This document shows positions 53,401-64,000 of a DNA stretch of 64,000 nucleotides, piece by piece (the first letter of the stretch is position 1; each line of letters starts with the position of its first letter). The notes below the pieces were generated by a model. The model did no database searches. It was not told the DNA's origin and saw only the letters and a program-made list of their open reading frames with translations. The DNA is from Klebsormidium nitens (taxonomy: Eukaryota > Plantae > Klebsormidiophyceae): assembly GCA_000708835.1 (NCBI GenBank), contig DF237208.1, positions 56,210 through 120,209 on the forward strand, in the 5' to 3' direction. The translations under genes were made by a program, and so were the position numbers.

Positions 53401-56400
53401 TTTAACCTGGCGAGAGAGTGACCAATTGGGCGGATCTTCGGCAATCGCTCGCTCTCGTGCCGAAGTGCAAATGCTTAAAGAGACGAAGAGATAAAAGATT
53501 TTGCTGACTTCATACGTCGAGGCAAGACGGGTGTAGGAATGTGGGAGAAACGCGTTTCGACGGCTCACAGATACTCAATGTCTGGAGGATCGCAACTGCT
53601 GACGTAACCACAAAGTATAAGAAAGACTACAGTGCGACGCGGGCGCCCAAGAAGTGCCCGTCTCCATTGGGATGGCAAGTAACCAGGAGATTTGCAACCG
53701 TGAACAACTTCCGCAAGTTATGACTTCATCACTGACCGAGCACGGTCAGTGCGGAAGGTGCCTTTCTGGGAGCGCGTTCCAACGGCAAGCTTTGCTACAA
53801 ATCGAGAAACCAGAAGCACTCTGGAACATGACGTCTTTGTGCAAAAGCTGACGTCAGCACTGACCAGGAAGCGGTTGAGCGCGGTGCGGAAGGTGGCGCC
53901 CTGGTAGCCGCCGAAGAGGACGCCCACGGTGGCCGTCGCCAGAAAGGGGAACACACGGTCCGTCGCGATTCCGATAACGCCCGTACAGCTGATTGCAATC
54001 GCTACGCGGATGCTTCTCTGCAACGGAGGAAGAATGGAGATGTTACTTAAGGCGCTAACCGGTAAGTTAAGGAAACCTAAGTGGTTTCACAAGGCGGAAT
54101 CCCGAAAAGACGCGGTCGGTCGCAATGCCGATCACGCCCGTATAGCTGATCGCGATCGCCACGCGGACGCTTCTCTGCAACAAAGAAGAGTGCGAGTGCT
54201 ACTCGAGGCGTTAACGGGTTCGTTAAAAAACCTAACATTGGTTGAAAAGGCGGATGCTGAAACAGGAAGTTGGGATTTTGCCCGAAGAACCTTCTTCAAC
54301 GAATTGTTGGCCATACCAGCGTGCTGGTCGCGATGGCCGCGAGAGAATATCAACCGAGAAGGGAATGGTTTCTGATGAGTCGCCGAGGCAGGCCAAAAGA
54401 TGGGAATGCTGTAGTGCTAGTGCACTGATGGAGTCAACAGTGTCTCAGGACTCTCACAAAAGAAAGGCATGCATCAGCTTCGGGCGATGATGTGACCCTT
54501 CGAGCAACGCCGCGAATTAAGAAGAGTCTTTCAAATGCCTACGTGAGATGTAAAGAAACGGTAACGGGAACTGCAATACTAAATGCTTATGAACGAGTCG
54601 TATCCTGACGCGTGGCACGTGCCTTCACTTTGTTGCCGTCTAGCCGCACGCGCGTCGCGGCCGCGAGCGCGTCCGCCCACCTCCCCATCCTCTCCGTCGC
54701 ATTCCCCGGTTTTGCCGCCGCCCTAGTTTCGTGCGATCCGCTGCTGTCCGTAACTCGCCTCTTGCGGCCCCTTAACGGAACGGAATCCGCGTCATTCTCA
54801 GAGTGAGAGCGCCGCGCGGCCGCGGACGCGCACTCGGGGTTTTGGCAGGGTTTTGGTGGCGGGTTTGGCATGACGGACTGGAGGAGGGACCGGCGCCGGG
54901 AGGGCAGGCCGGGGCGAGTCACGGGGGGATCCCCCGACAGCAAAGAGAAGGCTTCCTGGGCGATGTGCCGCGTGTGGAACAGGAAGAACTGGGAGGCGAT
55001 CAGGCTGCAAGCGGAAGCGGAATTGGATCAGCAATCAAAAGACCTGCCTCATAGAAATCTGATTTTTAACGAAACCGTGATAATCAGAAAGGTTCAAGAT
55101 GTTGAAGGGATTGACAGTTACGAAGAAGAGGGATGCAAGCAGGCGGGAAGGAACAAAAGGCTGGAGGAAGATGGAGCAAACCGGAGGGCAGACGGTTGAA
55201 AGTAAGATTCAGACTTTGGATGAAATCGAGCCTTGATCAATTGGGCAATTACGACACCGCATACTGTATTTGCCGGTGATTTGATGTCGCCTTGCAGACT
55301 CGTATGATTCGTGAAGCGGGTTAGAGTGAACTTAATCCTTAAGTTCAAAGGAATCCTTTATAATTGTTGTGAAGCAAACACTAAGAGTCTTCTTCGCTGT
55401 ATTTTGTAAGGACATAAACTTTATACCGGGCAAACTCTGCAAACTCTGCCCGTTACCAAAGAAGCCTTTGTGCTCCCTTAACGTTCCCACCTCTCAACAG
55501 AGCACCGCAGCAGCGTCTCCACCCGGCTCCGCCTCCGCTCTCTCGTTCCGCCTGCGGAACCGCCCCCATCCGCTTCCGTTGCCTTTCTAGTTTCTTCATG
55601 GCCCAAGTCCGCGAGCGCCGTCAGCCCGTAGTACGCCTGCTCGCGCGCGGTTTGGAGAGCCGCGTTGAACCGCTTCAGGAGGTCCGTACCGTAGACCGCC
55701 AGGCGCTCGGTCTCTTCCACGCTGCCTGCAGAAGAGCCGATAAGTTTTGTGGTCTTGGAGAATCATGTTCCCAGATTCGAGGAATTGGATGTTGCAGAGT
55801 CGGGCGTGTGTGTAGCGAACGATACTGAACGTGCAAGTCAGCAACAATCACAGAGGTTGACATCTTCGCAAAAGACGGACCTGCGTGACGCTCGATTTGG
55901 ACGGAGGCATCCAAATCGAAGTCGCATCTAGAACACAACACTCAAACCTCTGAATTCAGCGTCAGTCACAAGAGCAATCTACAACGGAGAAGGAAGAAAA
56001 CCGAAACAGGAGAAAACCCAATTGTACGCGGTATTGAGCAAGATAGATTTCCATGCAAAAGGATATGAAAAGAATGAAGCCGCGCAACTTTTTACAGAGA
56101 AAAGGATCTCACCTTTGCGGCCCCGGAGGTCGTTGACCGCCGCCTGGATCACGGCCCCGGTCCAGCTGGCCATCTCGGCGAGGGGGTCTCTCAACAGCTG
56201 GAAAAGCAGGGGGGGGGACTCGGCGATGTGGCCCGTTTGCAGTGCCAGGTCGAGCGACGCTGAGTGCATAAGCAGCGCGTCGAAGACCTGCGCATACGAG
56301 ATGCTTCTCCATGAGGTTTTGAACCGTTTAGACGGCTGGGTGAGGCAATAATCAACTCCATTCCAGTAGCGAAGCAAGATTGTGTGGGTATCCTCAAAAG

Positions 56401-57658
56401 TCCTTGAGAGAAAGCCTGCGGGAAGGTTTAACTTGCATCGCAACCGTTGAAGACCGATGCTGGTTAAGAGGACGCCTGAGTCGGCGGTCTCACGCAAGTG
56501 CCCTCCGGGCTTCAGAAACTCATACGACAATGCTTTCTAGATATTCTCTCTCTCGAGATTAGGGACGAACCGCTCACCTTGATCAGGCGCTTCAGCTTGG
56601 CGGTCGGCTTGCCTCCCGCAAACTCCCACCACAGCTCTTCTTCCCTTTCCTTCATGCTCGCCAAGTTTTCGGCGACCGCGCGCCGCAGCATCCCCGCGAG
56701 CGTGCGCGCCTCCGCGCGGCCGCGCGCGTCCGACTCGCCGCAGAACGCGCCGAGCTGCGTAGCGAAAAGCGCGGCCGCGGCCGCGGCCGCGCGCTCCGCG
56801 CGGTCCTTCACCAGATTCGTCGCCCACAGGGGCACCGGCAGAAGCATGGCGACTACCGCGCACTGCGTCCCGAGCAGCGCGGTCGCCCCGAAACGGAGGG
56901 GAAAGGTTATGGAGATGTCTTTGTATACGTAGAAGCCGATGAAGCAGATGCCCGTGTAAGCGAGGCCGAACTTGCGGCGTATGACGTGGATGTCGGGATA
57001 CGCTATGAGCGCGCACGTGGCGGTCATGCAGAGGATCATGGCGGGCTCCGAGCGGCCGAATAGCTCGACGCAGATGATGCTCGAGAGTGATGAAACGGCG
57101 ACCTGGGGCGAGAGACACCGAAGAGCGATTAGTGTAAGAGATGGTGAATGTAAGAGACGGCTCGAAGGCTTTCAGGACGTCTTTTGGCATCAGAGAGTAG
57201 TTTAAGACTGCCTCCCGGTGAAGATCTGAAAAATGGTTTATTGTTGATTGGAGAATGCTGCTGGCACTATATATTCATCAGGTTCTGGTTCATCAGACGC
57301 AGAAGAAGAGAAGAGGCGAGAGCAAGGGTGCGCACAGGAACTTCGGTTCCCCAATTCAAGCACGTCATTGTGACTCGTAAGCAGAGCGCCGCTTCACTCC
57401 TCCATCAGAATTTCGAGACACGAACCCCGGCCGCGCTGGAAAATTGGACCTCCCTTTGGAATACCTCACCGCGAAAAAGACCATCGAGCAGTTGCGCAGC
57501 GTTCGCCCGAGGCTCGAGTCGCAGACTATGATCGCGGTAATGCTCGCAAAGAAGGCGATCGTCAGGTTTCGCGCAATCTCGTCCGTCAGTAGGAGCACGG
57601 ACGCCAGGAGCGCCGCGACGGCAGTGCGCAGTCCGCTGCGGACGCGACGGAAGAACAC
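47493..57658 (-). CDS. FUSC / aromatic acid exporter family membrane protein (resembles Arabidopsis At2g28780-type proteins); start exon upstream, unresolved
   Basis: Exons 57470-57658 (RSGLRTAVAA...FASITAIIVCDSSLGRTLRNC), 56578-57102 (LLPVPLWAT...ELWWE), ~56113-56287, ~55489-55726, ~54630-54996, 53865-54017 (GATFRTALNRF), ~53200-53327 (GTVAGSMYG), ~52597-52716 (YGYCSVVAAFTAAIIMLG...ALGRITQ), ~51889-52046 (TWIGILAYLVVETCLWPSRA), ~51113-51293 (EAAAEPDLWRAPF), ~50350-50432, ~49123-49773, 48277-48442, 47493-47573 (stop). Phases are consistent. Confidence 0.85.
47975..48345 (-). repeat. Decayed tandem copies of a FUSC-gene exon 3' end
   Basis: gcatgcgcgcgctca..gcggaggcggccgc.ctcga motif in the exon and three intronic copies (about 48181-48243, 48070-48140, 47985-48037). 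Confidence 0.88.
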
Positions 57659-58270
57659 CTGGACGGAACATGGCGGAATTGACCTTGGAAGCTTTGGACG
57701 TATGTAAAAGGTATGACAGGTTTCGACAGATCTTTTTTCGTGACGCGTCTTGCTTGCGAGGGGCGCTGCGACGGCGGAGGCAGTCCGCTGCGGACGCGAC
57801 GGAAGAACACTTGGACGGAACGGAACGGAAGAAGTCAACTCTCAGGCGAAAATTGAAGATCTTTGGAAGAATGTTGAGGGTGTTAAAGTTCTGGACGGGA
57901 TCTGACCGAAGAATTGTAATAATGCGTCTTGGATGAGTGGAGCGCCGCGGCAACGGTACGAAGTGCGCTGAGCATGCGGCGGAAAAGCACCTGAACGGAA
58001 CGGTTGTAAACATCTAGGTGACTCTGAAAAGCTTGAAATGGGTGTTTGACGGTTTTGGGAAAGCTCCGCACGCATCTTAGCTGCGAGGAGCGCCTTACGG
58101 CGGGGCGCATAGTCGGCTACGCAACGCAGCGGAAACATACCTGGACGGAACCATCGTTGACTACCGGGTAATATGCCAACCTTTCGGACTGGTCGTTTGG
58201 ATACGTCATGGCTGCGAGAAGCGTCGCGACGGCGGTGTGCAGTCCGCTGCAGAAGAACACCTCGGCGAGG
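57595..58270 (-). repeat. Decayed tandem copies of the FUSC-gene exon 57470-57658 5' end
   Basis: ccgtcca[g/a]gtgttcttccgtcgcgtccgcagcggactgc in the exon and at about 57765-57820, 57935-57998, 58082-58148 and 58207-58265. Confidence 0.88.
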
Positions 58271-60168
58271 GTACAGTCAAGCTTCGGACGCTGTTTATGC
58301 TTAGGACGGGTGTGACGATTTTGCAGGCGGCATATGCATCCTTTTCACTGTCCACTCATACTTCCAGACCCCTTTCTACGATCTTACGTTCAGAAGACAC
58401 CCACGAAGTTGGGAATAAGAACCTACCTGGCGGTGGGCGTTCGTTCCCGAAGCCATCTCCCTCAGCTCTGCAAAACGTTCCACGTTCTCCAGATCAGACT
58501 GGGGTTGCTGGGCGGCTTCAGTGCTTGTAGCGCAGACGTATCATGTGCGACAGACGTCCGATATACTTTGAGCTCGTGTCTGTTCCATCATTGGTACTGC
58601 ATGAAAAGTTGTCCAGTTTTGATAGTGGCGTTGAGGTCTGAGGTCCCAAAAGAGCGCCGCAAAACGAGTGATTATGCAGACAGGGCGTGGTGATGTGAAA
58701 TGGTTGATTCGTATCTTGTGGTTCTCAGAGGAGTCGACCAAGGATGTGCCAAGGGGCAAGCAGTGCTGAATGCAGTAAGAGCTCGTACTTTGGTCAGAGA
58801 TAAATGGACGTGCTCAATGTCGTCACGGAAACAGTGGATCAGGTTACTTGATGGTCAGTGGTAATCCAAAGAAACTCAGATTCAAGCTCCGTTTAAGGAG
58901 GTTAAGCAGAAACAACAGCGGGTTTCTTACGTTACAAGATCCGCCACCTGTTTACGACAACTCTGAAGCACTTTGCTGGACGTTCTCATCAGAATAAGCA
59001 GCGAATTGTGATTGAAGCGTGCACAGCTGGCACTCCAAATGAGAAACATCGGTGGCAAACACTCACTACCACTGCTAGAAAGAGAAAAAGAAGGTCTTCT
59101 TCGACTTCCAAACTGGAGCTCACAGGTCTGCAAAACCCGATGAAAAAGTTCTTTCCTGGACCCTGGATGATTGGTGGGGTGATCTCTGCTAAAGCAAGAA
59201 AGCAAATGACCTGCCTTCACTCCCTTGACTATCATTATAGTGCGTTTGATTTATCTAATCAAATTGCTCACCCATAAGCTCGATCACTTTCTAAAGTAGA
59301 ACCTCTAGTACATGCCCCCAGCCCTACTGTAGGGCCTCTTGCTTAGCGCATACCTGTGAATGCGATGGGCTGCTTTGCCGAATACAATAAGCATACATTT
59401 CTGGCCCTGCATCTCTCCTCAGATTTCAGCATCTGTTTCTTTTGCCATTGTAAACTTACTGCAAATTCGCAGGAAGCTTTCCCGAGCGCTGTCTAATCAG
59501 TGGTCCCCAAACCCCCTTCTCACCCTTCTGTAATACCAATGAATTGGAGGAGGGGTTTCTGATCACTCGGAATATGGCCAGTCCAACTGTGTAAGAAGGC
59601 AAGAAGCCTTCTGGTGCTAGTAGTACTAGTAGTGGTGAACATGGGCGCTGGCTGCTGTGATAAGAAGTTTCTGAGAAACTTGAAGTCATTCCGAAAAGTG
59701 CCACGTGATGCGGATCTTCTTGCTATTATTGGGCGACTCTCTTTGTCACGTGCCAATCAGAATTGCGCTGGTTCTGCATTTTACGACAAGTGTCCACATG
59801 TCAGACTCTGTCAGGGAAAGCGACAACTTTACCTGGTCGACACCTGGCGTGAATCTCACACATCATGATACAGGCCCATGAGCGATATTAGGTAGCTAGG
59901 TATTGCGGCTTGCAACCGTTGAATGAAACCGTTCACCGCGCGCGCAGGCGGCAAGTGACGAAACTAGTCAAAACCTCGCTCGGCCTCTGCAGATTGACCA
60001 ATCGCCAGATCCATTCCCATGCGCACGCCGCGGCCGGGATTGCGCAACCATTACCATCTGTATTAAAAGTTCGCATTCAAACGTCCTATCGCAAATTTCC
60101 CTAGCAGACTTGTGTAAGCAAGTAGGTAGCCGCCCTGCATTGTGCTACGGGCGGGCACCTGGGCGGGC

Positions 60169-63100
60169 ATGGCCATGCCGCCATGCCCCAGCATAAAAGC
60201 CCTGGCGTCAGCCTTGAAAAAGGAGATTGGTCGACTTGCCAGAGGTTGTGCTCTGCAGAATGCCGATTGTAGTCACCAAGCATGTGGGCAGCTGGTGGAA
60301 ATTCTGTCGGTGGAGCGACGAGTGGGCTGTGAAGGATGCCGCGTAAAGAGATCACATTCAGAGGTCCATCCCACAGCATTGCCTGTCCTGGCAGCTACTC
60401 AAGCAATTGGTTCCACTGTCACAGTGCTCGCATTGGTAAACCCATTTATAGAACCAACACAGAAAGAGAACTTTCTGGGTCCTAATCCAGCTGTCGCTTG
60501 CTCAATGCCAGCTCACGTTGCAAGCAGGAAATTTCAACCAGCTGCTAGCGGAGGCCGTTTGCTCCCTTCTCTCACACCACTTTATGCCCACTTTTCTGGC
60601 AAACGGACAGCTGCCACCTGGGTGAAAGGGCCGCCCCCACCTGTCAGCATCGCAGACTGGCGGGCAGAAATGGACGCTCAGGAGCCAATGCGATCAACGC
60701 TCAAGTATTTGGAGAAGTTCACTAACTATGAGCGCAAGGGCGTGCCGAAAGGAGCGGGGACCAATTCTGACGAGGGCTTTCCCCTGCGCCGGATGGAGCT
60801 TCTGATGCAGCGGCTGGGAGACCCGGTGTCACGACTCAAGGCAAGTGAGCGGGCAAGATCGGTCCAGCTGATTACAAACGATTGAAGCAGGTTTAAGGGA
60901 TGAGGATTATGTAGGGTGCAATGCATTGGCCCACTCAGAAGAGCTCTCAGCTCTTTAACAGGGGCTGATTTTTCTTCTGACACTCGATTCATAGTTTCAG
61001 ACCCTAACATGAAAAAGTCTTGATTGTCTCGTCGGAGAAGCTTGGTCAAAGAAGCTTGCAGTTAAACCGATGATGATACATTCATTTGAGGGAGCTTCCA
61101 GTCTGAAAAGCTTTTCCTTGGCTGGTTGTCTCTGGTTCCAGTTCCTCTTGAACTTTGGAATGCTCGATAAATGCCTATGGGTGGAGCATGTGGCTTCCGT
61201 GACTACTCTGTCCACAAACGCCGAGCTGGAAGGTGTCCGTCTGTGATTGTAGAAGTTGTCACAGGGGTTCTCAGGTTGGATGAAAGTCTTTGGTTTTGTT
61301 GCAGGTGGTGCATGTTGCGGGCACCAAAGGAAAAGGCTCCGTCGCTGCCCTTTTGGGCTCAAGCCTCCGGAGGGCGCAGCTGAGAGTCGGTACTTACACC
61401 AGGTGACTACTTCTCAGCTTCACTGCTTTGCCTAAAGTTGTGGGCCCTCTTTGGTCCGTCAGACATGAATTTCACCACTCTCGCTCTTGACGATAGACTG
61501 CCCCTTCTGGGAGTCTGTTACACAGGGGTGCGAAAACGAGGAACCAGAGTTGGACGTTTTCGTCGCAGAAACATGCTTCTTGGTACTAAACTTGCCGCCA
61601 AGAAGTGTATGTCGAGGTAGAAAATGGATTGAAAGTGATAAGCAGTTTGTAGGGAAAGCCAAATGCGCAGAGGGCCTGACGTCGGCTACTCCCATGTTAG
61701 AAAGATGAAATTGTACTCCCATCTTGGGAAACATGACAGAGTTTTCTCATTGTGCAGTCCGCACTTCCTGACTGTGAGAGAGCGCATCACGATCGACGGC
61801 GTGCCGATCTCACCGGAAGCGTTCGCAGCCCTCGTTGCAGCACACCGATCGGTCCTTGATGAGATGCGCGACTTGGAGGGGGTGACGCATTTCGAGGTAA
61901 CTAGTGCTTACCGCCAATACTGAGTCCACTTAGTTTTTGCCACCAAAGCAGCAGAATTGCACGCAGTCCTGCTTATGAATGTTGCGACTTTAAACGATTG
62001 GCAGTCATGAACAACCCAGTCCCTTGTACATCGATTCCAATCTTCGGTTCAGCCCAATGCTTCGCTCACCCTTCGGAAATTTGAAAAACGGGCAGGTAGC
62101 TCGCTTGCCTGAAGCATGTTCTTGCAGCTGATTTTGCTAGCTGTCAGCATCTGCTCACAGTTTTCAGCCCGACCTCACTGTGACGTGAGCTGACCCTCCG
62201 CTTCGACCTGTCAGGTGCTCACGGCTCTGGCGTTCAAGCACTTCGAAGAGGAGGGAGTAGACATTGCAATCATGGAGGTACGTTTTACATTCTGTTGTCA
62301 GAATTCCGGAATTTGTGTGCGGAGAATCAAGAGAAGAGCCCAGACTTTCTTCAGATTACTATTGCCTTTTGGGATGTCAATTTTCGTGGCTGTCTTCCAA
62401 AGCTTTTCGAGCGGTATTATCATCTCCCATCGCCCCCAGGAGAAGTCCACACGGCTGGGTTTCGGCCGCAGATATCATGGATGCGATCAAGTGGGGCAAT
62501 TAACAAACGGCTGTTCAGAGCCAATCAGAAGCGCCCACCGCTAAAGCAGCCGATCGCAGTCCTCTGCAGAGTCCACTTCTTCCCAGGGCATCCTCGGGTC
62601 TTGTGTTGCAGTGATCAATTGCTGCGTTTCGAGGATCTGCCGGCAGCTCTTTGACCGTTACGATCCATCCAAAGCAAAGAATAAGTTATTTCGCTCTTTC
62701 CGGAATCGGAGACAACATTCAGCCCAATTGCAAACTGTTCCTTAGTCCTCCTGTTCGTACAACCTTCTAAACGTGGCGAAGCTTTTCGAGCGAAAGCGCT
62801 TTGACCCGTCCATTGACTCAACCCCGCCGGAAATCCGGGGCGGATCTCTCACAAAAAAAGATCAAAAAGAAAAAAGCTGGGAAGGGCGCCGTTTGTTTAC
62901 TGGCAAGCCTTTTCAGCGAGCGAAAGCGGTCCTTTATGCCAACTCTTGCATAAACTTCAACCGCCTTTTCAAATGCAAGAGACCAACTCGGAGAATGAAA
63001 GCGCGCCATGTGTTTCGCAGGCCGATCTCCCCAACCAATTTCAGCATGTGAACGATCCAACTCGTCCCATTTGCCAGCCTCTGCAAATCAACTGACCGCC

Positions 63101-63387
63101 TTTTCAAGGGCAACTGTCCACATCGTAAGCTCTAAAAGCGCGCCAAATCGTTTCCAGCAAGAAAGCGTCTGGCTTGTCATTCTTCAAATCCACTGTGACA
63201 GAACCGACCACCATTTCTTTCCCAGGCCGGTCTCGGCGGCGCACGCGACGCCACAAACGTGATCCCCCCACAATCGCTGCTTTTGGCCGTCATTACTGCG
63301 ATCCACGAGGAGCATCTCGAGGCGCTGGGGGGATCCCTCGAAGCGATCGTGCACGCCAAATGCGGAATCATCAAAGAAGGGCGGCCG
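60169..63387 (+). CDS. DHFS: Dihydrofolate synthetase (FolC/FPGS family, plant DHFS type); continues beyond the window end
   Basis: Exons 60169-60840 (transit peptide; [24 protein letters not shown], typical of plant DHFS; GC donor), 61305-61402 ([12 protein letters not shown]), 61758-61896 ([11 protein letters not shown]...THFE), 62215-62277 (VDIAIME), 63226-63387 ([12 protein letters not shown]...[13 protein letters not shown]). Confidence 0.93.
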
Positions 63388-63390
63388 GTG

Positions 63391-63487
63391 AGTTTTAGGG
63401 CTTAGAGCTCGGGATTCTAGGTTTTAAGGCTTTAGGGGTTTCGGGTTTCATGGCTTTAGGGTCTTTAGGGTTCTAGATTTAGAGCAT
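63391..63487 (+). repeat. Degenerate telomere-like (TTTAGGG-related) tract in a DHFS intron
   Basis: ttttagggcttagag...ctagggttttaaggctttaggggtttcgggtttcatggctttagggtctttagggg. Confidence 0.7.
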
Positions 63488-64000
63488 GGGATGTCCTTGG
63501 CGGCAATCCTAGAGCTGGATTTGTGCCCGGGGGTTTCTACCGGGCACCCGAGGTTAATCTGGATTTGAAAGATGGGAGTGTGGCGCTTTCTATCAGAGCC
63601 CTTGCCGCGATTCTTTGGGCACTCGGGTCGGGTTCAACTCGGCGGGCTCGACCCTCTCGCTGCACAATGAGCCACGTGGTCCTCCGTAAAAGTGACACCT
63701 GTCATTGCAATGAACACCCGGAGTGATATGCACTATCGTAACGGAATACTTTTCTGAGCCAGCTTGTCACAAAGTAAGCCATAGTGTCGTGCAAATGAAA
63801 CCAAAGTTCCTAAAATTGAGATCAGCGTACATGCACAGGGGACAGAATACATAAAAATCTGGACCTCCAAGAGAAGTAAAAGTAAGCCAGGATAATGAGA
63901 AGCTTTGACCGACACTGAAACCCTATCCCAGAAAGGTACCTGCTCCGCACCCCCCCCTTACCCACCCTAGCCCCACCCGTCCCAGTGCAATTAGGTTGCG

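Noticed and set aside
58500-59900. Candidate start exons for the FUSC-like gene (for example MMEQTRAQ at about 58591; donor-like sites near 58930, 59355 and 59460)
   Set aside because: No candidate gave both a strong donor and the required phase-0 junction, so the start was left unresolved.
61660-61700. Possible old echo of the DHFS exon 2 end (gagggcctgacgtcggctact)
   Set aside because: The match is short and needs several gaps, so it cannot be told from chance by eye.

Overview
Intron-rich eukaryotic nuclear DNA. Plant-type plastid, mitochondrial and ER genes sit next to a motile-cilium gene, which fits a streptophyte green alga, most likely Klebsormidium-like (inference; no database check). 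Nine multi-exon genes were rebuilt by hand from splice signals and remembered family motifs: ispG/HDS (-, runs off the left edge), a Sec14/CRAL-TRIO protein (+), CFAP74 (-), a 2OG-Fe(II) oxygenase-fold plus MYND zinc-finger protein (+), HRD3/SEL1L (+), a BolA3-type protein (-), a PIP-like aquaporin (+), a FUSC/aromatic-acid-exporter family protein (-, start exon unresolved) and dihydrofolate synthetase/FolC (+, runs off the right edge). There are two N gaps (24448-24806 and 39543-39919). Most ORFs in the supplied track are spurious or are exon fragments. The most notable unexplained structure is a recurrent exon-edge echo pattern. At about 11 exon boundaries in 4 genes the intron carries 1-5 decayed tandem copies of the neighbouring exon end with its splice site, and several copies differ from the live exon mostly at synonymous positions. 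Other highlights are an inverted-repeat element with TG...CA ends and a 5-bp target-site duplication across the second gap, a dioxygenase-fold protein with substituted catalytic residues fused to MYND, and a 4-residue deletion after the first NPA of the aquaporin.
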